DNA from: an uncultured Micavibrio sp.
GTDB taxonomy: Bacteria > Pseudomonadota > Alphaproteobacteria > Micavibrionales > Micavibrionaceae
Length of the DNA: 46,054 nucleotides
Direction of reading: 5' to 3'
Assembly: GCA_964624435.1 (NCBI GenBank)
Contig: CAZUYV010000001.1
Span: 1 to 46,054 of the forward strand
Below the pieces are notes generated by a model. It saw only the letters and a program-made list of their open reading frames with translations, was not told the DNA's origin and did not search any database. Positions 32,756-39,637 of this stretch are shown here, one piece after another (position 1 is the first letter of the stretch; each line of letters begins with the position of its first letter). Position numbers and translations under genes: made by a program.

Positions 32756-32904
32756 GACGCTATAGCCTCCTTAACTTCATAATCCGAAATATCCTCACAA
32801 ACTACTGTGCCGCACACTTCACATTCACCAAATCGGTTATAAGCTGTTGTATGACTCTTACAAGTAACACAATATCCTTCTGGTACACTATCCCATGGGT
32901 TCAT
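32752..32904 (-). CDS. 50-aa zinc-ribbon protein (below cutoff)
   Basis: MNPWDSVPEGYCVTCKSHTTAYNRFGECEVCGTVVC...; ATGA-coupled on both sides. Confidence 0.5.
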   Translation of the reverse strand: MNPWDSVPEGYCVTCKSHTTAYNRFGECEVCGTVVCEDISDYEVKEAIAS

Positions 32905-33188
32905 GAAGCTATAGCCTCCTCATGTTCAGCATCCAAGCTGAGGCGTTCGTATCCATCCGCCAGTTTGCCGAAAAACGTTTCGTTATCGACATGTTTCATA
33001 AGCTCCGCTATCTCCAAATCCCTCGCTGCTAACCTGTTTTCATAGTCAGCTGCCATTTGGCGTAAGCCCTCGATAGCGCCCTCCAGATCGAATTTAGCGA
33101 AGTCCAGTAGGCATTGCATGGATACCAACGGGGAACACGTTAAATTGTCTTGTAGAGCTTGTAATACGGTAATAGGTGGTTTATTCAT
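32901..33188 (-). CDS. Hypothetical acidic protein (95 aa)
   Basis: Coupled ORF. Confidence 0.55.
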   Translation of the reverse strand: MNKPPITVLQALQDNLTCSPLVSMQCLLDFAKFDLEGAIEGLRQMAADYENRLAARDLEIAELMKHVDNETFFGKLADGYERLSLDAEHEEAIAS

Positions 33189-33483
33189 AGAATTTCACTC
33201 CATTCTCTTCCAAGTTTTCAGCCTCGTAACGATAATCGCACCACGCCCGAACGAACTTTTCTCCCTCTTCTGTTTCCAAATAAATGTTGTTCGCCCAGCC
33301 ATCCAGTTCCATATCCCAACGGGTATGTTTGGTAATTATGATGTAGCCGCACAAATCGCCTTTCTTTGCTCCGTTTGCCGTGTCTCTTGTTTCAAATTGC
33401 TTTTCGATATGTGATACATCTGCCATGGGAATGATCATAGTTTTTCCGCTGAAAATGGATTCGCTGATTTTACCTTTTGTCAT
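33181..33483 (-). CDS. 100-aa protein (start trimmed to MTKGKISES)
   Basis: GAGGGAGGA SD; ATGA overlap with the upstream stop. Confidence 0.55.
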   Translation of the reverse strand: MTKGKISESIFSGKTMIIPMADVSHIEKQFETRDTANGAKKGDLCGYIIITKHTRWDMELDGWANNIYLETEEGEKFVRAWCDYRYEAENLEENGVKFYE

Positions 33484-33791
33484 TTCAATTCCTCCCTCTT
33501 TTGTTTGAACCACTCAAAATCCTGTTCGTCCTCCAGAGTTTCGCCGGATCGAATGACGGACCGCAAAAACCCTTCGTACATAGTGCGAGCAATATTCTCT
33601 GAATTAAGGACATCATTCTCCTGTACTAACATCCGGTTACGTTCGTTAATGGCTCGGTGGGAGGAAATCAAATCCTCGACTTGTCCGTGATCGCGTTGCG
33701 TAATGTTCTTTCCTTGGAAAAGGAGTTTATAATCACGCTCAATCGCCCGTATTTCTTCCTCCGTTAGTATCTGATTAGTCATGATTGACAC
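33480..33791 (-). CDS. Hypothetical protein (103 aa)
   Basis: ORF in the operon. Confidence 0.55.
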   Translation of the reverse strand: MSIMTNQILTEEEIRAIERDYKLLFQGKNITQRDHGQVEDLISSHRAINERNRMLVQENDVLNSENIARTMYEGFLRSVIRSGETLEDEQDFEWFKQKREELK

Positions 33792-34012
33792 CTGCCCATG
33801 AACTGAATTTGCTTTTTAACGATAATCGTTTCCTCATTGTGAGTGAGTAAGTTGTTCCATCCGCGATCCATCTGCCAATAATTAGTCGTCCTAACAAATT
33901 GAACCCCTTTTTCCCATCGCTGCGCCAATCCGTGGTAAACTTCATCGGCGTAAAGGAAATGTTGTATTCCACAAACTCCATGTGGTTTAGCTCGCTCTTG
34001 GATATTGTCCAT
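33779..34012 (-). CDS. Hypothetical Trp-rich protein (77 aa)
   Basis: AAAGGAG SD 9 nt before ATG 34012; the alternative frame 33775..33981 has no SD. Confidence 0.5.
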   Translation of the reverse strand: MDNIQERAKPHGVCGIQHFLYADEVYHGLAQRWEKGVQFVRTTNYWQMDRGWNNLLTHNEETIIVKKQIQFMGRCQS

Positions 34013-34226
34013 CTGTAGAGGCTCCTTTCAAAAGGTGTTGTAAGGCTATTCCAATGGCTTCTGCAAGCCGATGACCGCTGTCTCCATCGCTTGGGTCAAG
34101 TAAATATGAAATGTATTCTTCGCTGACGGTGTCGTATTTCGTGAGGTGTTCCAAGTGGCTTTTGTGGTGTTGGAGTAATTGCGCTGCCTCTGCATCGGAC
34201 ATTTTTGAGTTACTCGTGGGTATCAT
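33987..34226 (-). CDS. Hypothetical protein (79 aa)
   Basis: ATGA-type coupling. Confidence 0.5.
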   Translation of the reverse strand: MIPTSNSKMSDAEAAQLLQHHKSHLEHLTKYDTVSEEYISYLLDPSDGDSGHRLAEAIGIALQHLLKGASTDGQYPRAS

Positions 34227-34684
34227 GCTGTCACCTCAACGTTTCTGAAAATATCGTTGAATTTGTTGACCACAGCGCCTATTTCCTTGTTCTTCTCACG
34301 CTCAATATCCCTACCGATTTCCGCTTGCTGCTCGTCATATTTGGCGATTTCCTTTTCGAGTTTCATGATGAATTGCAGGATCGGTTTAACCCATGTTCCT
34401 TTTTTTGTCCAACCGTATGATTCAGTCCAACCGGGTTGCCCACTTACAATTCCATAAACCTCAATTTTTTCACTTCCATCAATCAGCCAAATTTTAAATG
34501 TATCGCCGCGGGCGTGATGATCAAGCAAGAAGTGGACAATGCCCCATTTATAAATTTTATGTGCATAACCACCATACTTATTGATGAATTCTCGCGAAAC
34601 ATCTTCTAGACTGTCGATAAACAATTTTTTATTTCCGGCTTTATGAAAAATGCTGTGATACTTTCTGGCTCCGTTCATCTTCAT
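34223..34684 (-). CDS. Hypothetical protein (153 aa)
   Basis: AAAGGAGAATG SD; no family recognised. Confidence 0.6.
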   Translation of the reverse strand: MKMNGARKYHSIFHKAGNKKLFIDSLEDVSREFINKYGGYAHKIYKWGIVHFLLDHHARGDTFKIWLIDGSEKIEVYGIVSGQPGWTESYGWTKKGTWVKPILQFIMKLEKEIAKYDEQQAEIGRDIEREKNKEIGAVVNKFNDIFRNVEVTA

Positions 34685-34701
34685 TCTCCTTTGGTTTTAT
34701 A

Positions 34702-34818
34702 TTAGGCTGATTCCTTTTTGGCCTGCTCTGCCGCTTCAATTGCCTTTTTCCGTTCAACTTCCGCCTTGATCTCTGCGAGTTTATGATGATTGGGCCCTAT
34801 TTGAGTGAATTTAAGCAT
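34702..34818 (-). CDS. 38-aa helical peptide (below cutoff)
   Basis: MLKFTQIGPNHHKLAEIKAEVERKKAIEAAEQAKKESA; AAAGGAGATACCC SD. Confidence 0.35.
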   Translation of the reverse strand: MLKFTQIGPNHHKLAEIKAEVERKKAIEAAEQAKKESA

Positions 34819-34887
34819 TTGGGTATCTCCTTTCCGCGTTTCGACAACCTTTTTATTTACTTTGTGAGATAGTTGTGATATGAAAGG

Positions 34888-35634
34888 TTAGTTGGCTATT
34901 TTTTGGCCTTTGAACTTATTGATAAAGTACACTTGGCCTTTTCCAGTTATTTTGGGAGTGCGTGTAATGCGTATGGTGCCGTCTGAACCGTTGCGTGATC
35001 CGGTCTTGACTTCCATTAGTTTGAGATCCATTGAGCGTTGTGTGGGCATGTTATACTGCTCTCCGTGGCTCATGAGGTATCCTTCTTTGCGGAGTGTGAT
35101 GAATAGGCGATTTTGACCGATGTCGATACCGTTCTGCTTCAGCAGTTTAGCGAGTTCGCCGACAAGGATTGAATCATTTGAGATTTGGAGCGATTCTGCG
35201 AATAGTTTTAATGGCTTGTCCGCTTCAATTTGAGCTTCCAGCTGCTCGGTCTTCTCGACTTGTCCGACAAGAGCAATTAAAGCTTCTTTGTAGTTCTGGG
35301 GTAGTTGGGGATTTTGTTGATACGATCCAGTTATGCGAATTTGAGGCAAAACTTCGTGAGTGATCCAGCGTTTGAATGCTTTGGCTTCGGGCTTGCGGCT
35401 ACCTAAGATTAAGGTGTACATGCCGTATTCGTTAACAATATGGACTTCTCCCTGACGACCTATGTTGAACATAGACCGTTCATCATCTTCTAATCTGGCA
35501 ATTGCTTGCGTTGGATTAGAAATTTCTAAGATGTCGCAAAGGTCTTTAGCAACCATCCAAGGTTGCCCATTAATGATTACGGTGCGAACTTGTGCGCCTT
35601 CATACATAAATACTTGAGTTAGCATTTTCATCAT
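34888..35634 (-). CDS. Antirepressor (BRO-N domain plus KilAC/ANT C-terminal domain)
   Basis: FMYEGAQVRTVIINGQPWMVAKDLCDILEI...KAFKRWITHEVLPQIR, then an ANT-like C-terminal half. Confidence 0.8.
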   Translation of the reverse strand: MMKMLTQVFMYEGAQVRTVIINGQPWMVAKDLCDILEISNPTQAIARLEDDERSMFNIGRQGEVHIVNEYGMYTLILGSRKPEAKAFKRWITHEVLPQIRITGSYQQNPQLPQNYKEALIALVGQVEKTEQLEAQIEADKPLKLFAESLQISNDSILVGELAKLLKQNGIDIGQNRLFITLRKEGYLMSHGEQYNMPTQRSMDLKLMEVKTGSRNGSDGTIRITRTPKITGKGQVYFINKFKGQKIAN

Positions 35635-35638
35635 CCTC

Positions 35639-35860
35639 TCAATTAGCTTGCTTCAATACGGGGCATTTTTCATCAAAAAAAATCTGCCAATTGAATTTTA
35701 ACGCCTTTGCAATCTTCTTTGCCACAGATACACTTAAACCTTTGCCACGTTCAACATTGGAGTAGGCGCTTCTGCTTATTCCAGCTAACATAGCAACTTG
35801 TTCTTGTGTGAGCGACCCTCTTTTTTCTATTAACCACAACCGTTCAACCATTCTTATCAC
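35639..35860 (-). CDS. Cro-like XRE-family HTH regulator
   Basis: LTQEQVAMLAGISRSAYSNVERGKG; first gene of the leftward early operon. Confidence 0.8.
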   Translation of the reverse strand: MIRMVERLWLIEKRGSLTQEQVAMLAGISRSAYSNVERGKGLSVSVAKKIAKALKFNWQIFFDEKCPVLKQAN

Positions 35861-35869
35861 CTCCGATTG

Positions 35870-35884
35870 GCTTCATATTGAAGC
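35870..35884. promoter_or_regulatory. Operator palindrome O1
   Basis: GCTTCATATTGAAGC (perfect 6-3-6). Confidence 0.6.
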
Positions 35885-35897
35885 ACCTTATGACATA

Positions 35898-35926
35898 AAT
35901 ATAATGCTTCGTAACGAAGCTGTCAA
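35898..35926 (-). promoter_or_regulatory. Early lytic promoter (cro operon), with operator O2 in the spacer
   Basis: TTGACA (35926..35921) -17- TATATT (35903..35898); spacer = palindrome GCTTCGTAACGAAGC (35906..35920). Confidence 0.7.
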
Positions 35927-35946
35927 GCATTACTTTTACTTCTTTT

Positions 35947-36011
35947 TGAAGCATCTGTATATGATTCGAAATGAAGCCATTATAATAGTATTTTGAAAGG
36001 GGCTGAAGCAT
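35947..36011 (+). promoter_or_regulatory. Repressor-gene promoter region with TGAAGCA half-sites
   Basis: TATAAT at 35981..35986 with a poor -35; TGAAGCAT at 35947 and 36004, TGAAGCCAT at 35972. Confidence 0.4.
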
Positions 36012-36012
36012 T

Positions 36013-36336
36013 GTGATTGGAAAAAAGATTACTGAATTAAGAAATAAAAAGGGGATGACGCAATTACAAGCTGCTAAGAAATTAAAGATGCCCAGGAGTA
36101 CCTACTCTAATTATGAGCTAGACAAAAGAGAACCGGATTTTGAAATGGCGCAGAAATTGGCTTCATTCTACGAAGTTTCAGTGGATGAATTGTTGGGGAA
36201 GCCCGAAGTTTCCGCACCTAAACAAGAAACGGAGGCAGATGCTAAACGGAGAAAGGCAATGGAATTATTGGCAAAAATTAAAGATGAAAACCTGGAGCAT
36301 ACTTTGTTTCTACTAAGACAACTCAACAAGGAATAG
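36013..36336 (+). CDS. CI-like XRE-family repressor lacking a peptidase S24 domain
   Basis: GTG start; ITELRNKKGMTQLQAAKKLKMPRSTYSNYELDKREP; only 107 aa. Confidence 0.8.
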   Translation: MIGKKITELRNKKGMTQLQAAKKLKMPRSTYSNYELDKREPDFEMAQKLASFYEVSVDELLGKPEVSAPKQETEADAKRRKAMELLAKIKDENLEHTLFLLRQLNKE

Positions 36337-36338
36337 CC

Positions 36339-36372
36339 AATCCTCCAACCTATGGAGAAACGAATGAGGATT
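36339..36372 (+). promoter_or_regulatory. Anti-SD leader hairpin 1
   Basis: AAUCCUC-caaccuauggagaaacgaau-GAGGAUU; the 3' arm is the SD of ORF 36377. Confidence 0.5.
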
Positions 36373-36376
36373 GAAA

Positions 36377-36763
36377 ATGGCGAACGATTACAAAGATGAC
36401 AGAATCGATATGAGAGAATTGGACGATGCCTTTAACAAAGTCACCGAAAAGAGAATTGAAACGGAGCGCGAAGAAAAGAATGTAGTCGGTGCAGCTATTC
36501 TGATGACAATCGTCTATTCGATAGTGACTACTGTTATTTATGGGATGTTTTTTTATCGTGGCGGCCTGATAGAGGTTGGTGTTGGTGGATACCTTCTCGA
36601 TTTAATCGTAATTGGATTTATAGTTTATGCCGTCACTTACGAGCAAGGAAAAAATAAACCTACAGAAATCTTCTTCGGGACAATCCTTTTGACTGGAGGA
36701 GACGTGTTAGCAAAGTCTTTTATTCTCTATCCTACAATCATTGATATTTTAGGAATGAACTAG
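36377..36763 (+). CDS. 128-aa membrane protein (3 predicted TM), in the repressor operon
   Basis: ATG 36377 (MANDYKDD...); TM segments AAILMTIVYSIVTTVIYGMFF, GGYLLDLIVIGFIVYAV, IFFGTILL... Confidence 0.65.
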   Translation: MANDYKDDRIDMRELDDAFNKVTEKRIETEREEKNVVGAAILMTIVYSIVTTVIYGMFFYRGGLIEVGVGGYLLDLIVIGFIVYAVTYEQGKNKPTEIFFGTILLTGGDVLAKSFILYPTIIDILGMN

Positions 36764-36765
36764 CA

Positions 36766-36800
36766 AATACCTCAACCGATGGGGAAACAACAGAGGTTTT
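36766..36800 (+). promoter_or_regulatory. Anti-SD leader hairpin 2 (paralog of hairpin 1)
   Basis: AAAUACCUC-aaccgauggggaaacaaca-GAGGUUUU; the 3' arm is the SD of ORF 36804. Confidence 0.5.
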
Positions 36801-36803
36801 AAT

Positions 36804-37376
36804 ATGAACGAGACAGGTTACAGGCAAGGATACTATATAGGACTTTTCGGAAGATTTCTATGGCTTTTTTTTATTTATTTTTTGATACATTCAATGATAC
36901 TTTATACTTTCGATGTTAATTGGTTTACTTATTGGGGATTATCAGTAATCTTTTCTTTTCTAATCAATACCTCAATGCCAATGGGGCAATCGTACGCTTT
37001 CTTAAGGCATGGATTTATATTTTTTTGTTTCATACTTTCTTATAATTACATCTCTTATTCTCTAATATCAGATTTGTACAGGTTCTTTGCCCCGCCAACA
37101 TTTTGGCAAATTTTATTAATTGCAAGCATCCCATTCGGAATAGCGACATCGTTTGGAAGATACGGAAACGGTACTTACAGCAAAAACATTGAAGTGATTG
37201 GTAATTTTATATTGTTAATATTCTTGGCATTGGGATTTGTATTTTACTGGTGGAAAGGTGCGGTAGTATACTTGGTTTTTCGTATTTTATTCATCTTTGT
37301 TGAAACCCTTGTTGCAAACTATATGCTAAATCACTTTAGGGATGCGAATGAGTCAAACTATCGCATTGAGCAATAA
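36804..37376 (+). CDS. 190-aa polytopic membrane protein (5-6 TM), aromatic-rich
   Basis: Very hydrophobic, F/Y/W/I-rich; AT-rich gene. Confidence 0.65.
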   Translation: MNETGYRQGYYIGLFGRFLWLFFIYFLIHSMILYTFDVNWFTYWGLSVIFSFLINTSMPMGQSYAFLRHGFIFFCFILSYNYISYSLISDLYRFFAPPTFWQILLIASIPFGIATSFGRYGNGTYSKNIEVIGNFILLIFLALGFVFYWWKGAVVYLVFRILFIFVETLVANYMLNHFRDANESNYRIEQ

Positions 37377-37394
37377 AAAAGCGCCCGAAGGCGC
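37374..37394 (-). terminator. Intrinsic terminator (strong leftward; stem only on the rightward strand)
   Basis: AGCGCC-CGAA-GGCGCU; a U6 tract follows only on the minus strand. Confidence 0.6.
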
Positions 37395-37531
37395 TAATCA
37401 CTTTCATCTATGTAATCGCCAGTGTCAGATGCGGTATGTAGGATATGAAGCAGTTGGTCTAATTTACCCTCTTCCGTTGTTAGAATAATTAAAGTAATCT
37501 CATCCCGTGCGCTGTCATTCATCCGCATCAT
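37394..37531 (-). CDS. 45-aa acidic protein (below cutoff)
   Basis: MMRMNDSARDEITLIILTTEEGKLDQLLHILHTASDTGDYIDESD; AAGGTG SD; candidate promoter TTTACA-17-(TGC)AATAAT further upstream on the minus strand. Confidence 0.4.
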   Translation of the reverse strand: MMRMNDSARDEITLIILTTEEGKLDQLLHILHTASDTGDYIDESD

Positions 37532-37552
37532 CACCTTATCATATAGTCGCAA

Positions 37553-37581
37553 CGAACATTAAATATGGAAACAAATGTTCG
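37553..37581. promoter_or_regulatory. 8-bp perfect inverted repeat built from Cheo-box half-sites
   Basis: CGAACATT-N13-AATGTTCG. Confidence 0.5.
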
Positions 37582-37901
37582 ATCCCTCTGGGACTTTCAT
37601 TATTGCATGTCCCGAGTATTTTGTAAACTATTTTCTAAGCAATTCGACACAAAACGATTACTATGTAAAGGGTGGTAACTTGGCTCTCCGTTTGGGGAGA
37701 AGCCGCGTTAATGAATTCCTTAAAAAGAGGGGATATTCCCAACTCGATTTAGCGCTTCACCTTAACGTCACTGAGGGTTACATATCGCAAGTATGTAATA
37801 GCACCGCCAATCTATCAGTCTTCAAAATGAAGAAAACGGCAAGGTTTCTTGGCTGTAAGATGGACGACCTCATTGACTGGGATGAAGAAATATTCAAATA
37901 A
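37575..37901 (+). CDS. XRE-family HTH protein upstream of the integrase (possible excision/RDF regulator); true start probably TTG 37680
   Basis: HTH core RGYSQLDLALHLNVTEGYISQVCN; AAAGGGTGG SD precedes in-frame TTG 37680. Confidence 0.6.
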   Translation: MFDPSGTFIIACPEYFVNYFLSNSTQNDYYVKGGNLALRLGRSRVNEFLKKRGYSQLDLALHLNVTEGYISQVCNSTANLSVFKMKKTARFLGCKMDDLIDWDEEIFK

Positions 37902-37976
37902 CGCGGATGTGAGCTTTTAAGCTCCTCCTCCCCAATTGAGTTTAGTCATTAGTAAAGAAAAAATCAAACAGAGACG

Positions 37977-38041
37977 AAAAAACCGCTAAAATAGCGGCTA
38001 CAAAATATGAATGCTCTCGATGAGAAAACGTTTACAATGTA
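37977..38041 (-). ncRNA. Candidate ~65-nt small RNA upstream of and antisense to the integrase leader
   Basis: Minus-strand promoter TTGTAA (38076..38071) -17- TATACT (38053..38048); terminator CCGCU-AUUUU-AGCGG plus U6 at 37997..37977; no ORF. Confidence 0.3.
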
Positions 38042-38133
38042 CCAATCAGTATAGCGTTTAACATAAATATTTACAATAGTTTTTTCGACATAGTCTGACA
38101 TACCCATGTTATATATTAGATTGGAGGAATATT

Positions 38134-39561
38134 ATGAAAGCAGCTGCATATATTAGGGTTTCGACTGACGAACAAGCACGTCAAGGCTACTCTTTAGCCG
38201 GACAAGAAGAGGCTTGCATACGTTATTTAAAGGAACATAATCACGAATTGGTAAAGTGTTACATAGATGATGGATATACTGCCAAGCATACGAAACGTCC
38301 GGCTCTACAGGAAATGTTAGAGGATATCCGGCAGAAGAAAATTAAGTTTGTTGTGGTCTGGAATTCGGATCGATTAACCCGTACCACGATTGATGGACTG
38401 ACCATGGTTACCCTGCTATTCAATCCACATGGAGTGGGCTTTGCATCCGTTACAGAGGACATTGATACATCTACACCTGACGGTATGATGATGTTTACTA
38501 TACGGCTTTCATTGGCTCAGAGAGAGCGCGAAAAGATAGCGGAACGTGTATCATTGGGACAAACCCGAAAGGCCAAGACGGGGAAGCGTGTGCACCTGGG
38601 AGCCATATTTGGTTATGATGTAATCGACGGAAAATTGATCATAAATGAAATCGAGGCGGAAGTTGTCAGGCTTATTTTTGACCTCTATGTGTATAAAGGC
38701 TGGGGCTATGGTAAAATCTCAACTTATCTCAATGATGAGGGAATGAAGGCTAAGAAAACCGTCTGGTATGCCTCTACAGTTAAAGGTATCTTATTGAACG
38801 TTACGTATGCCGGATATAACGCGCATACTCCGGTTGGCGGCAGCACGACTATAGAAAAAGGCGAACACGATCCAATCATTTCATTGGAGTTGTCGAGCAT
38901 GGCGATTAGCCAGCGCACCAGACGCGGCAACCAAGATATGAGCCGATCCAGCTTTAACTATCCCTTCTCTTCTATCGTCAAATGTGGCGAATGTGGAAGT
39001 TCTTACACGGCCTATTACACCAAGAAGCCAAAGGACAAAGAGAAATATTGCAATTACCGCTGCCAGAATAAGAAATCGGGATTGTGCCATGCTTCAGACA
39101 TTGCCGGGATGAAGTTGGAAAAGCTCTTTTTTGACTACTTTGACCGCGAGGAAAGAGAGGTCGAAACCTATGTACCCGAACTATCTAAAGATGAGTTGAA
39201 GGAAATAGACAAAGAGAAAAAGCGAATAGAACGAGAAATGAATAAGCTGAACTCTCGCAAAAGTAATTTATTGGATCAACTCGGGGATAACATCATTACA
39301 AGTGCAGATTATACATCGAAGGTTGACGAAATAAGCAACTCGCTAAAATCACTGAAAGAGAAGCTAGATTCATTCGTGGATGTCTCGCCTAAAGAAGTCG
39401 TTTCTAAAGAAAGTGTTGTTGAGATGGTCGAACAACTACGGGAAGATTGGAAATACATGGAGGATAAACAGAAGAAGTTTGTCATTCAAATCATGTTTAG
39501 GCGCATTTTGATCAAGAAGATCGAAGACGTGTGGACAATCAAGGAGTTAATTGCCATGTAA
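38134..39561 (+). CDS. int: Large serine recombinase (integrase)
   Basis: N-terminal resolvase domain AAAYIRVSTDEQ...GYSL; recombinase domain; Cys-rich zinc ribbon CGECG...C...C; C-terminal coiled coil. Confidence 0.9.
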   Translation: MKAAAYIRVSTDEQARQGYSLAGQEEACIRYLKEHNHELVKCYIDDGYTAKHTKRPALQEMLEDIRQKKIKFVVVWNSDRLTRTTIDGLTMVTLLFNPHGVGFASVTEDIDTSTPDGMMMFTIRLSLAQREREKIAERVSLGQTRKAKTGKRVHLGAIFGYDVIDGKLIINEIEAEVVRLIFDLYVYKGWGYGKISTYLNDEGMKAKKTVWYASTVKGILLNVTYAGYNAHTPVGGSTTIEKGEHDPIISLELSSMAISQRTRRGNQDMSRSSFNYPFSSIVKCGECGSSYTAYYTKKPKDKEKYCNYRCQNKKSGLCHASDIAGMKLEKLFFDYFDREEREVETYVPELSKDELKEIDKEKKRIEREMNKLNSRKSNLLDQLGDNIITSADYTSKVDEISNSLKSLKEKLDSFVDVSPKEVVSKESVVEMVEQLREDWKYMEDKQKKFVIQIMFRRILIKKIEDVWTIKELIAM

Positions 39562-39563
39562 TA

Positions 39564-39637
39564 TCGGGTTAGCCGGATTCGAACCGACGGCCTCATTCAC
39601 CCCAAGAATGCGCGCTACCAAGCTGCGCCATAACCCG
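39564..39637 (-). tRNA. trnP: tRNA-Pro (anticodon GGG), complete cloverleaf, no encoded CCA
   Basis: Hand fold of CGGGTTA-TG-GCGC-AGCTTGGTA-GCGC-G-CATTC-TTGGGGT-GAATG-AGGCC-GTCGG-TTCGAAT-CCGGC-TAACCCG-A; all four stems pair; G37; T-loop TTCGAAT. Confidence 0.85.

Noticed and set aside
33775-33981. 68-aa ORF competing with 33779..34012
   Set aside because: It has no SD upstream of its ATG. The other frame has AAAGGAG 9 nt before ATG 34012 and fits the overlapping-gene chain.
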